64,000 nucleotides of DNA from Thermoanaerobaculia bacterium. Its GTDB lineage: Bacteria > Acidobacteriota > Thermoanaerobaculia > Multivoradales > UBA5704. Numbering within the stretch: the first letter of the stretch is position 1; every line of letters starts with the position of its first letter. Shown in pieces: positions 7,435 through 18,479 of the stretch. The position numbers were made by a program, and so were the translations under genes. The stretch spans positions 1 through 64,000 of the forward strand of contig JBGAGQ010000015.1 in the NCBI GenBank assembly GCA_044226625.1, written 5' to 3'. The notes beneath the pieces were generated by a model that made no database searches, was not told where the DNA came from, and worked only from the letters and a program-made list of their open reading frames with translations.

Positions 7435-10023
7435 TTAGGGCTCGACGAGCCGGAACGACGACCAGTCGACGCGGGGCAGGTCGTGCCGCCAGGCGAGCTG
7501 CGCCCGGCCGAGAGCTGGAGCGAGGTCGCTCCGGCCGTCCCAGGTGGCGTACAGGCGCGCGAACAGGGCCGGTGCCGTGCGGTCCATGACCGGCCGGGCG
7601 GAGGCGACCACCCCTTTCGCTCCGGCGAGGACCAGGGCGTTGGCGAGGCCGAACCCTTCGATGCGCACGTCGGATGCGGCGCGCGCGGTCTCGCAACCCG
7701 AGAGGACGATCCAATGTGGCGCCGGGCGGAGCAGGAGGAGCTGGCCGACTCTCAGCTCCTCTTTCCCCGCGAGGCGAAGGCCGCTCTCCCAACCGCCGAA
7801 GCCGGCGAACGTGCCGTGCCCCGAAAAATGGAACAAGCGGGCGCGACCGAGCGCGCGGAGCGTCGCCTCGCCGGTGGCCTGGGAGGAGGTGAGCCGGACC
7901 ACCCGGGGGCGCGGCGTCCACCGTTCGACGGCGCGCTCGACGGCGTCCGCCTCCCGGCGCGCCGCCGGGAGGTTGTCGTTCGGGTCGGCGACGAGGAGGA
8001 CTTCGTCTCGCCCCGCGAGCCCGCCCGCTTCGTCCCGTGGAGGTGTGCCGAGGTCGAGCCCGTAGACGACCGGCTTTGCCGCGAGGAGGACGTCGCCGTC
8101 GAAGGGCAGCGCGTGGAAATCGACCGCGCGCAGCGCGCCGTACGGCAGGATGCGGAGCCGTTTCGCGCGGGCGATCGCCTTGCGAAACGGCGCGAGGATC
8201 TCGCGCGCGAGAGCCCGCGGGTCATCGAGCGTCGCCGCGGAGAGCGCGAAGGGGTGCGCGTCGACCGTGCGGTCGTCGGCCGCGAACGCGACCCAGCCGC
8301 CGGGGAGGGGGTGGAACGCGAGCACCAGTTCTCCGGGCCGAGGCGGCCTGAGCGCGGTGTCGTGGGGCAGGGCGCCGAGCGCCTCGAACGCACGGCCGAG
8401 GTCGAGCTCTCCCGCCTCGGCCAGGGCCTGGCGCGCGGCCCGGTCGGGTGCGACCTCCGGGCCGAGCAGGCGCCATTCTTCGCGCGCCGCCTCGTCGACC
8501 TGGGTCCGCTTGTCCTGATAGCTGCGGATCGCCTCGTTCCATCGAGCCCGTTCGGGCGGCGAGAGGCTCGCGACCCGCTCGATCGAGGCGAGGCCGAGGA
8601 GGAACCGGGTCCGCGCCCGACGGGCCGCGGCGAACGCCTCGCCGACCCGCCCGGCGTCGAGCAGCAGTTGGATCTTGAGGCTCGCCACCCCTTCGCGCTG
8701 CGAGACGAAGGTCTCTCGCCCCTCGAAGATCGGAATCCGCAGGCTCTCCCGGTCGAGCAGGTCTTCCGCCTCGGCGAGGAGGCGCAGCGCCCGGGCGCGG
8801 TCGCCGAGCGCGGCGGAGGCGCGCGCCCTGCCGAGCGCGGCGCGCAGCAATCCGTCGGGCGAGCGGGCGGACCGCGCCTTGGTGTCGAGACGGTCGTAGA
8901 TCGCGAGCGCGCGCCCCGCCATGCCGCGCTCGATCTCCAGGCGCCCTTCGAGGTCGAGCTCCCAGAGGAGCTGGAGGAACGTGCTCCCCCGATCGAACGT
9001 CCGCGCCTGGGCGAGCGCGGCGGCGGCTTCCTCGGGGCGATGTGCCTGAAGCTCGGCGAGGGCGCGATTGAAATGGACGTCGAAGAAGAGGTCGGGACCG
9101 CAGCTCGGTCCGGAGCCGAGCTTCTGGAGCGCGCGATCGAGCAGGGGGATCGGTTCGGCGAGATCCGCCGCCGCAAACCCACCGGCTTCGCGCGCAAGGA
9201 GCGTGGTCCACGCCCAGTTGTTGAGCAGCTCGCCCTCCTCGCAGGCGTCGCGCGCACCGGGGAGGGAGGCCAGGCGACCGTAGGCGCGGGAGGCCTCTTC
9301 CGCCCTGCCGAGCTCCGACCAACGGAGGGCGATCGCCTCGTCGGCGATCCAGATGCCTCGCGCGCTGCCCGAGTGCGCGGCCAGCCGCGCCGCCCGCCCG
9401 AGCTCGGCGAGCGCCGTTCGGAAATCTTCTTCCTTGGCCGCGAGAAGTCCGCGGTTGTACGCGAGCAGATAGCGCGACTCGATCGGCAGCTGGTCCTCCG
9501 GGGCGAGCGCGGCCAGCCCGTCGAGGCGTTCCCGCGCTTCGGCGAGCTGGAAGTTCTGGATCAGGCGGTGGATCGCCCTCGTCCCTTCGTCGATCTCCCC
9601 CTGGACGTCACGCCTTCGCTCGAGGGCGAGCGCCCAGACGGCGCGCGCTCCACCCGGAGGGACGACCTCCACCTCGACGCGCTCGACATCGGGTGGAATC
9701 TCGGCTTCGAAACGCAGACCGCGGCCGCTCGAGACGCCTTTCTCGGCGAGCGGGCGACCGCCGATCCGGACCTCGACTTTCGTTCCCGCTTCGACCGGTA
9801 CCCAGAGGGTGAGCTTCGAGCCGGTCGGAAGCACGCAGACGGGACCCGGTTCGAGCGTCGCGGCGCACCCCGCGAACTCGACGGCCAACGGCGGCGCACC
9901 GGGGGCGCGGCCGCCGCAAGAGACGAGAGAAGAGATCGTCGAGATCGTCGAGATCACCGCGATCGTGGAGATCACCGAGATCACCGCGGCGGAACCGCAG
10001 AGCCGAGCGCCGCGTGGGCTCAT
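7435..10023 (-). CDS. TPR-CHAT (caspase-like) cysteine protease, predicted lipoprotein
   Basis: Helical TPR-like middle; ILPYGAL, HFSGHG (His), VLSGCET (Cys), WSSF; N-terminal hydrophobic stretch ending LVSC. Confidence 0.9.
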   Translation of the reverse strand: MSPRGARLCGSAAVISVISTIAVISTISTISSLVSCGGRAPGAPPLAVEFAGCAATLEPGPVCVLPTGSKLTLWVPVEAGTKVEVRIGGRPLAEKGVSSGRGLRFEAEIPPDVERVEVEVVPPGGARAVWALALERRRDVQGEIDEGTRAIHRLIQNFQLAEARERLDGLAALAPEDQLPIESRYLLAYNRGLLAAKEEDFRTALAELGRAARLAAHSGSARGIWIADEAIALRWSELGRAEEASRAYGRLASLPGARDACEEGELLNNWAWTTLLAREAGGFAAADLAEPIPLLDRALQKLGSGPSCGPDLFFDVHFNRALAELQAHRPEEAAAALAQARTFDRGSTFLQLLWELDLEGRLEIERGMAGRALAIYDRLDTKARSARSPDGLLRAALGRARASAALGDRARALRLLAEAEDLLDRESLRIPIFEGRETFVSQREGVASLKIQLLLDAGRVGEAFAAARRARTRFLLGLASIERVASLSPPERARWNEAIRSYQDKRTQVDEAAREEWRLLGPEVAPDRAARQALAEAGELDLGRAFEALGALPHDTALRPPRPGELVLAFHPLPGGWVAFAADDRTVDAHPFALSAATLDDPRALAREILAPFRKAIARAKRLRILPYGALRAVDFHALPFDGDVLLAAKPVVYGLDLGTPPRDEAGGLAGRDEVLLVADPNDNLPAARREADAVERAVERWTPRPRVVRLTSSQATGEATLRALGRARLFHFSGHGTFAGFGGWESGLRLAGKEELRVGQLLLLRPAPHWIVLSGCETARAASDVRIEGFGLANALVLAGAKGVVASARPVMDRTAPALFARLYATWDGRSDLAPALGRAQLAWRHDLPRVDWSSFRLVEP
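9932..9985. repeat. Six 9-bp tandem units (GAGATCRYC-like) in the CHAT signal peptide
   Basis: gagatcgtc gagatcgtc gagatcacc gcgatcgtg gagatcacc gagatcacc. Confidence 0.8.
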
Positions 10024-10946
10024 CCGAGGTGCGGCGCCCGAACCTCGATCGGCTGGGGAATCGCGGTCCAGGCGGGCGCGAGCTTCGGGCCTCCTCCGGA
10101 GAGCCGGGCGATCGCGTCGGGTCCGGGCGTCTGGCCGGCATAGGCGACGACGATCCAGAGCGTCGCGGGCCCGCTGGGAAGATCGCGGGGGAGGGTGCCC
10201 GAGATCCGGAGCGATCCGTTATCCGACGGCGCGGACGACGTGCAGGCGGCGTCGCGAGGCTTTTCAGACGGGGCGCCGCTGGGTGTGACGAAGCAGCGCG
10301 CCACGAGCTTCGATCGGGGGGCGACCCGCTCGTCCGGCTGGGCCGCGAGCGTGAAGCGGGTGCCCGCGAGGAGTGTCGGCGTCCCCTGGGAGGGATCGGT
10401 TCCCCGTTCGATCGCCTGGCCGGACTCGATCGCGCTCAGGGTGAACGCGGGCAGCGGCGGAGGGACCGCCGGACGCAGGAACAGGAACAGCGAAGCCGCG
10501 GCGGTGAGCGCCGAGCCGAGGAAGCCCAGGCGCCAACCGGTGAACCATGGGCCAAGCCGCCCGGGAGATGTGGGCCGCGCGGCACGCGCCTCCCTGCGGC
10601 CTGCCACCGGTTCGGGCGCTTCGACCGGTTCCAAGAGGGAGGAGGTGGGGGCCTCGGCGGCGGCCGGGCCCGGGGACGCGGCCCCGCGCGTCGCCACGGG
10701 AGCGCCGACGAGCGGGCCGAGCGTTGCGACCATTCGGGCGCGAAAGTCGGCGCCCAAAGGCCGGAAGGCTTCGAATGCGGCCTCGTCCTCGGCGGAGCCC
10801 GCGGCGAGCGCGCGGAGCTCCGCCTCTTCGCCGTCGCCGAGGGTGCCGTCGGTCAGGCGCTCCCAACGGTCCCAGCGACGGTCTTCCTCGCTCTCCTCTC
10901 GGCGGGCGATGCGGCCGAGGTCGCGTAAAGGTCCTTGATCGTCCAT
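10020..10946 (-). CDS. Putative single-pass membrane anti-sigma factor
   Basis: Directly downstream of ECF sigma; N-terminal helical segment (WERLTDGTLGDGEEAEL), one TM helix (LGFLGSALTAAASLFLFL), beta-rich C-terminal domain; stop overlaps CHAT start. Confidence 0.65.
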   Translation of the reverse strand: MDDQGPLRDLGRIARREESEEDRRWDRWERLTDGTLGDGEEAELRALAAGSAEDEAAFEAFRPLGADFRARMVATLGPLVGAPVATRGAASPGPAAAEAPTSSLLEPVEAPEPVAGRREARAARPTSPGRLGPWFTGWRLGFLGSALTAAASLFLFLRPAVPPPLPAFTLSAIESGQAIERGTDPSQGTPTLLAGTRFTLAAQPDERVAPRSKLVARCFVTPSGAPSEKPRDAACTSSAPSDNGSLRISGTLPRDLPSGPATLWIVVAYAGQTPGPDAIARLSGGGPKLAPAWTAIPQPIEVRAPHLG

Positions 10947-10981
10947 CAGCGGTCGTCCTTCTCGGTTGTTTGCCGAGAGGT

Positions 10982-11596
10982 TCAGGAATTCGACATCTCG
11001 TCGAGCAGCCGGCGCGCCAACTGGCGCAGGCGGCTCTGCCATTTATAAACGCTCGCTAGGCTCATCGCCTCGCGGCGGGCGGCCTCTTCCGGGCTCATCT
11101 CGCGGAGGAAGAGCAGTTCGAACAGGTGCCACCCGAGGGGGGACAGCTCTTCCTTCAGGCGATCGATCAGCTGTCTCAGCCTCTCGCGCGAGGCGGCGGA
11201 GGCCTCCGGGCCGAGCTCGTCGACCGCCTGGTCGAGATCTTCGGTCAGTGTGGGATCGTCGCGCCAGGGGCTGCGCTTGCCGTTGCGCAGGATGCACCGC
11301 GCCCGACGCTCGGCGACCAGACCGACGAAGTTCAGCAGGGACAGACCACCTTCCGGTCTCCAGGTCCGGAGGACCCGCCCCTGGTCGTTGAACAGGGTGA
11401 CGAAGACCTCCTGCGAAAAGTCCTCGACCTCTTGACGGACGTCGCGGCCGCTCGCGGCGCCGTGGCGGCGGGACAGGAGAGCGCGTGCGACCCGCTTCTG
11501 GATCACCGGGGTGAACCGGTCGACGAGGTCGCAAAGGGCCGCCGGGTCGCCCGCGAGCGCCCGTGCGAGTGTCCCCTGCATCTCCTGGAGGTCCAT
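10982..11596 (-). CDS. ECF-type RNA polymerase sigma factor
   Basis: GDPAAL..LV.RF, VEDFSQEVF (region 2), region-4 HTH SPEEAARREAMSLASVYKWQSRLR. Confidence 0.9.
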   Translation of the reverse strand: MDLQEMQGTLARALAGDPAALCDLVDRFTPVIQKRVARALLSRRHGAASGRDVRQEVEDFSQEVFVTLFNDQGRVLRTWRPEGGLSLLNFVGLVAERRARCILRNGKRSPWRDDPTLTEDLDQAVDELGPEASAASRERLRQLIDRLKEELSPLGWHLFELLFLREMSPEEAARREAMSLASVYKWQSRLRQLARRLLDEMSNS

Positions 11597-11873
11597 CGTC
11601 GAATGTTAGGAATCGAGCGATAGTCTATATCCGATCCGCGGCGGGGAGCCTGAAGCCTTCAAACCTCGGCCCCGGCGGCGCGACGTGAGGTCAGAGGGGA
11701 GTCGGCCGCGCGCGGACGAACGGGCGAAAGACTACCCGGCGGCGCGTTTCGTGGGACCTCCCATTGCCCTAGCGTCGAAGTGCAAATCCGGCCGATGCGA
11801 GACGACCGAGCGTCGCGCCCGCTCGGTGCTCGGGGACGCGAAGCACGAGGGAGGCCCGATCCGGGAGCTCGGC

Positions 11874-14558
<2,685 letters not shown>

Positions 14559-14643
14559 GCGCGGTCTCGCCGGCCCGGAGAGGGTACACTCGGCTCCTTG
14601 AGCGTGAGCCTGCGATTGAGCCGGACACGCGCGGGGACCGACC

Positions 14644-15690
14644 ATGCCGAGCGCAAGATCCCAGAGACGAAGGCCTCCCGTCGCGCCTCGCCGAGAGCGC
14701 GCGCCGGTCGCCGAGGCGCCGACCCTCGCGGCGCGGGTGCGCGAGATCGAGCCCGAGCTCTCCTGGCGCGAGGCGCGCGAGCGCATCGCCGCGGGCGGGG
14801 TCCAGGTTGACGGCCACGTCATTCGGGAGCCCGCCTATCGTCCCGAGGCCGGATGCAGAGTCGAGGTCGCCCCGGCGCCCAGAGGCGGTATCTCCGGCGT
14901 CGTCTCGGTGCGGATCGTCTATGCCGATCGCGACGTGGCGGTGGTGGAGAAGCCCGCCGGCCTGCTCACGGTGCCGTTCGACGAGGACGATCGCGACACG
15001 CTGATCGCGCTCGCCCGCGTCGCCTTGCGCCGTCGCGAGTCCGCCGCCGGCCGGAAGCCGAACCTCACGTTGCGGGCCGTGCAGCGGCTCGACAAGGAGA
15101 CTTCCGGTCTCGTCGTGTTCGCGCGGAGCGTGCCGGCTCAACGGGCGCTCCAGGCGCAGCTCGGCGAGCATTCGGCGCTTCGCCGCTATCTAGCGATCGC
15201 GGAGGGGCGCGTCGAGCCGGCGTACCTCGAAAGCTTTCTGTTGGAGGATCGAGGCGACGGCCTGCGCGGATCGTTCCGCGGGCCGGGCGCTCCGCCCCGA
15301 GAGGCGAAACGCGCGGCGACCCGAATCCGGCCGCTCGAGAGCTTGGCGGGAGCGACGCTGGTCGAGTGCGAGCTCGAGACCGGACGCACCCACCAGATCC
15401 GGATCCACCTCGCCGAGGACGGCCATCCGCTGCTCGGCGAGAAGGTCTATGTTCGCGATGGTCGCGATGGTCGCGATGGGCGCGACGGGCGCCACGAGAG
15501 AAGCCGGCGGATCGTGGCACCCCGACCGATGCTGCATGCCGTGGAGCTCGGCTTCGACCACCCGACGAGCGGAGAAACCCTTTCCTTCGAGGCGGACCCT
15601 CCCGGGGATTTCTTGGCGGTCTTGGAGGCGTTGCGCCCCGGCGGGACGAGGCGGGCGGAGGGGATCCGCCCGCCCGAAAGCGCTACGTGA
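14644..15690 (+). CDS. RluA/RluD-family pseudouridine synthase with S4-like N-terminus
   Basis: VEKPAGLL, QRLDKETSG, ETGRTHQIRIH, LHA motifs. Confidence 0.92.
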   Translation: MPSARSQRRRPPVAPRRERAPVAEAPTLAARVREIEPELSWREARERIAAGGVQVDGHVIREPAYRPEAGCRVEVAPAPRGGISGVVSVRIVYADRDVAVVEKPAGLLTVPFDEDDRDTLIALARVALRRRESAAGRKPNLTLRAVQRLDKETSGLVVFARSVPAQRALQAQLGEHSALRRYLAIAEGRVEPAYLESFLLEDRGDGLRGSFRGPGAPPREAKRAATRIRPLESLAGATLVECELETGRTHQIRIHLAEDGHPLLGEKVYVRDGRDGRDGRDGRHERSRRIVAPRPMLHAVELGFDHPTSGETLSFEADPPGDFLAVLEALRPGGTRRAEGIRPPESAT

Positions 15691-16105
15691 ACTTGGCGGT
15701 GCCCGACAGGTAGTAGTTGAGCGGCGCTGCCGAGATGACCGGGAACGACTTGTCCACCGGGCTCAGGCTGAGCGATCCGCCCGCCCAGAATCCGCCCAGC
15801 TCGAAGGTCCCGAGCTCACCCGAGACGAGAGGTTTGACGCGGATCAACGGCAGCGCGAACGCTCCCGCCGCGGTGCCGATCTTCGAGGTGACGGAGGCGA
15901 GCTCGACGTGGAACTTGGTGCCGTCGTACAACGTGATCCAGGCGTCCAAGGTCGCGCCGCCCGCGCTGAAGGAAAACGTGCCGGTGATCGCCGCGTCGTT
16001 CCAAATTTCGCCTTCGGCCATGATCTCGGGATGGTCCTGGCGCAGGCCGGAAACGATGGCTTTGAGGTCGTTGAGGGGGAAATTCACGCCCTGCTCGAGG
16101 TTCAT
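15683..16105 (-). CDS. Hypothetical beta-rich protein, 140 aa
   Basis: AAAGGAAA SD before ATG; host-like codon usage. Confidence 0.7.
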   Translation of the reverse strand: MNLEQGVNFPLNDLKAIVSGLRQDHPEIMAEGEIWNDAAITGTFSFSAGGATLDAWITLYDGTKFHVELASVTSKIGTAAGAFALPLIRVKPLVSGELGTFELGGFWAGGSLSLSPVDKSFPVISAAPLNYYLSGTAKFT

Positions 16106-16281
16106 GATCTTTCCTTTCTGAAGGCCTTGGTGAAGGCTTCTAGAGGCCCTTCTGGAGCGGGAATCGGATTCGGTTTAGCTTTCCTTTCGAATCGATTCCA
16201 GCTCCAGGCTAGGAGCCGGAAGAGACCGTCGCCACGATCGTTCGGGTAGTTTTTCCCCCTGTCGAGAGGTAGGTCGGGCGC

Positions 16282-18297
16282 TTACGGTTCGATCTCCACG
16301 GGAGCGGCCTCCGAACGCTCTTCCAGTCGCAGCACGCTCGATCCGTAGGTGGCGGCGTAAATCGGCCCGGGGCGCGCGGGGTCGGCGGCCAGGCGGCCGA
16401 AAAAGGTGCGAAGCGGAAGCCCGAGGCTCACCGGTTCCCAGCCCGTTCCCGCCCGCAGCCGGAAGACGCCGGCCCGCTCGAGGCCCGCGTAGATCTCGCC
16501 CGCGGCATCGCGGACGATCGAGGCGACCGGCGGATTCTTGCCGCCGAGAAGCCGCGGCAGTCCGGCGACGATCCGCCGGAAGGTCTTGCCTCCGTCGGTG
16601 CTCTTGAAGACGCCGCGCTCGTAGGTCCCCGCGTAGAGGGTGTGGGTTCTCGAGTCGAACTGGAGCGAGAGGGGGTAGGAGCCCAGGGCCTGCGAGAGGC
16701 CGGCCGGCAGCGGCGTCCAGGTCCGGCCGTCGTCGGTCGATTTGTCGATGCCGGCGTAGTTCGCGCGATAGACGACGTCCGGATGCCCGCCGTCGAACGT
16801 GATGTCGAGCAGGTAGTCGAAGCCGAGCATCTCGGTCCAAGTGGCGCCGCCGTCTGCGCTCCGATAGGCGAAGCCGTTCGCGGACGAGGCGTGCCCGAGC
16901 TCGGTCCCGGCGAACAACACCCCGTCGTGGAACGGATCGACGCGCAGCAGCAGAGCATCGGAGAGCAGCAGGTCGCCGACGGACCGCCAGGTCTTACCCA
17001 GATCGTCGCTCACGGCGACGTTGTCCTGCGCGTTCTCGCCGAGGGCGTAGATCCGCCCGGGATGGTGGGGATCGGCCGCGAGGGACGGCACCTCGAAGCC
17101 GGGGAGGACCGGCAGACGTTGCCAGGTGCTCTCGCCGCGCTGGGTGCGGAACGGCCCTTCCGCGAAGCCGCCGATCACGGTTCCCTTGGCGTCGGGAACG
17201 ACGATCAGGTCTCCGACGATCCGCGCGTCGAGGTTGCGGCTCGCCGCGCGCCAGGTGGCACCGCCGTCGGTCGAGCGCCAGGCGCCGCGGTTACCGACCG
17301 CGACCACCGCGTCGCCCCCAAGGGGCGCGAGGGCGGCGACCGAGTCGCGAGGCGAAGCCTGGTTGACGGACGTCGTCTCCGAGGGCGACCAGTGCACGCC
17401 GTCGGTCGAGCGGTAGACGCCGAGATAGGTCGCGGCGTAGATCGCGCCGGAGGGGGAGAACCGGAAGTCGTTCGCCGGAATCGTCGGCAGGCGCGCGGCG
17501 ACCTCGAAGGTCGTGGCCCCGTCGATCGAACGATAGAGCGCGCCTTCCCAAACCGCGTAGAGCGCGCCGGAACGGAAGAACAGGCGGTTCGGCAGGGAGA
17601 AGCTGCCGGGCGACGGCGAGCCCGCGCTCGCCGTGGGATGCCAGGTTACGCCGCCGTCGTCGCTCCGATAGATCGCGTCGGGCGCGCCGGTGAGCGTGCG
17701 TCCGGCGGCATACCAGACCGATGCGGCCGACGGGTCGCGCGTCAACGCGAGGATGGTCAGGTCGGGGAGCGCCCAGGGATCCCAGGTCGCGCCGCCGTCG
17801 CGACTGCGGTAGATCCCGGCTCCGGTGGCGGCATAGAGAGTCCGCGGTGCGACGGCGTCGAAGACGATGTCCGTCGCGGCGTAGTAGAACGGTCCCTTCC
17901 GAGGGGGCTTCGCGCTCGACGTCCAATGGTTGCCGCCGTCGGCGCTGCGCCAGACCTGAAACGGCGGACTCTGGCTGGCGACGTCCGCGAAGACGTGATC
18001 GGGATTGCGCGGATCGACCGTGAGGTGCCGCACCTCCAGCCCTTCGAGGTCGCGGTCGATGCTCTGCCACGAGCGCCCGCCGTCGCGGCTGCGAAAGATC
18101 CCGGACGGAGAGCCCGCGGCGTACAGCCGCTCGGGGTTGGACGGCGCCTGGGCGAGCACCGTGATGAAACCGCCCCCGGGTCCGATCGGCACCCAGCGCG
18201 GCTCCGCTCCTCGCGTCGGCGACGACGAGGCGATGATCAGGCCGATCAGAGTAAAAAGGCTCGCGAGCGGACGGACCGAGCAAGCTGGGCATTTCAT
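16282..18297 (-). CDS. Secreted BNR/Asp-box beta-propeller protein (sialidase/YCF48/VPS10-like)
   Basis: Signal peptide; many S.DGG.TW Asp-box repeats; GAGGAGG SD. Confidence 0.88.
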   Translation of the reverse strand: MKCPACSVRPLASLFTLIGLIIASSSPTRGAEPRWVPIGPGGGFITVLAQAPSNPERLYAAGSPSGIFRSRDGGRSWQSIDRDLEGLEVRHLTVDPRNPDHVFADVASQSPPFQVWRSADGGNHWTSSAKPPRKGPFYYAATDIVFDAVAPRTLYAATGAGIYRSRDGGATWDPWALPDLTILALTRDPSAASVWYAAGRTLTGAPDAIYRSDDGGVTWHPTASAGSPSPGSFSLPNRLFFRSGALYAVWEGALYRSIDGATTFEVAARLPTIPANDFRFSPSGAIYAATYLGVYRSTDGVHWSPSETTSVNQASPRDSVAALAPLGGDAVVAVGNRGAWRSTDGGATWRAASRNLDARIVGDLIVVPDAKGTVIGGFAEGPFRTQRGESTWQRLPVLPGFEVPSLAADPHHPGRIYALGENAQDNVAVSDDLGKTWRSVGDLLLSDALLLRVDPFHDGVLFAGTELGHASSANGFAYRSADGGATWTEMLGFDYLLDITFDGGHPDVVYRANYAGIDKSTDDGRTWTPLPAGLSQALGSYPLSLQFDSRTHTLYAGTYERGVFKSTDGGKTFRRIVAGLPRLLGGKNPPVASIVRDAAGEIYAGLERAGVFRLRAGTGWEPVSLGLPLRTFFGRLAADPARPGPIYAATYGSSVLRLEERSEAAPVEIEP

Positions 18298-18479
18298 TGC
18301 GATTCCTCCTCGAAAGCTTTCGGGTCTTTATTTTAGCTGGGGGTGCCGGGGCATAGCGCCCGAGCTCGGCCCACGAAACGGGGCAACCGACCCGCCCACC
18401 GGCAGGCCGTCCCTCGACCGGTTGGCCGGCGTTCTGCCCCGGCGAAAGAGGTTTCTGCGACGGCGGCCGGCTCGCGTCG

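Noticed and set aside
6622-10143. 1173-aa plus-strand ORF and other long antisense ORFs (12321-14822, 38520-41663, 50004-51947, 60508-63042)
   Set aside because: Shadow frames of real high-GC genes; Arg/Gly-rich, no motifs
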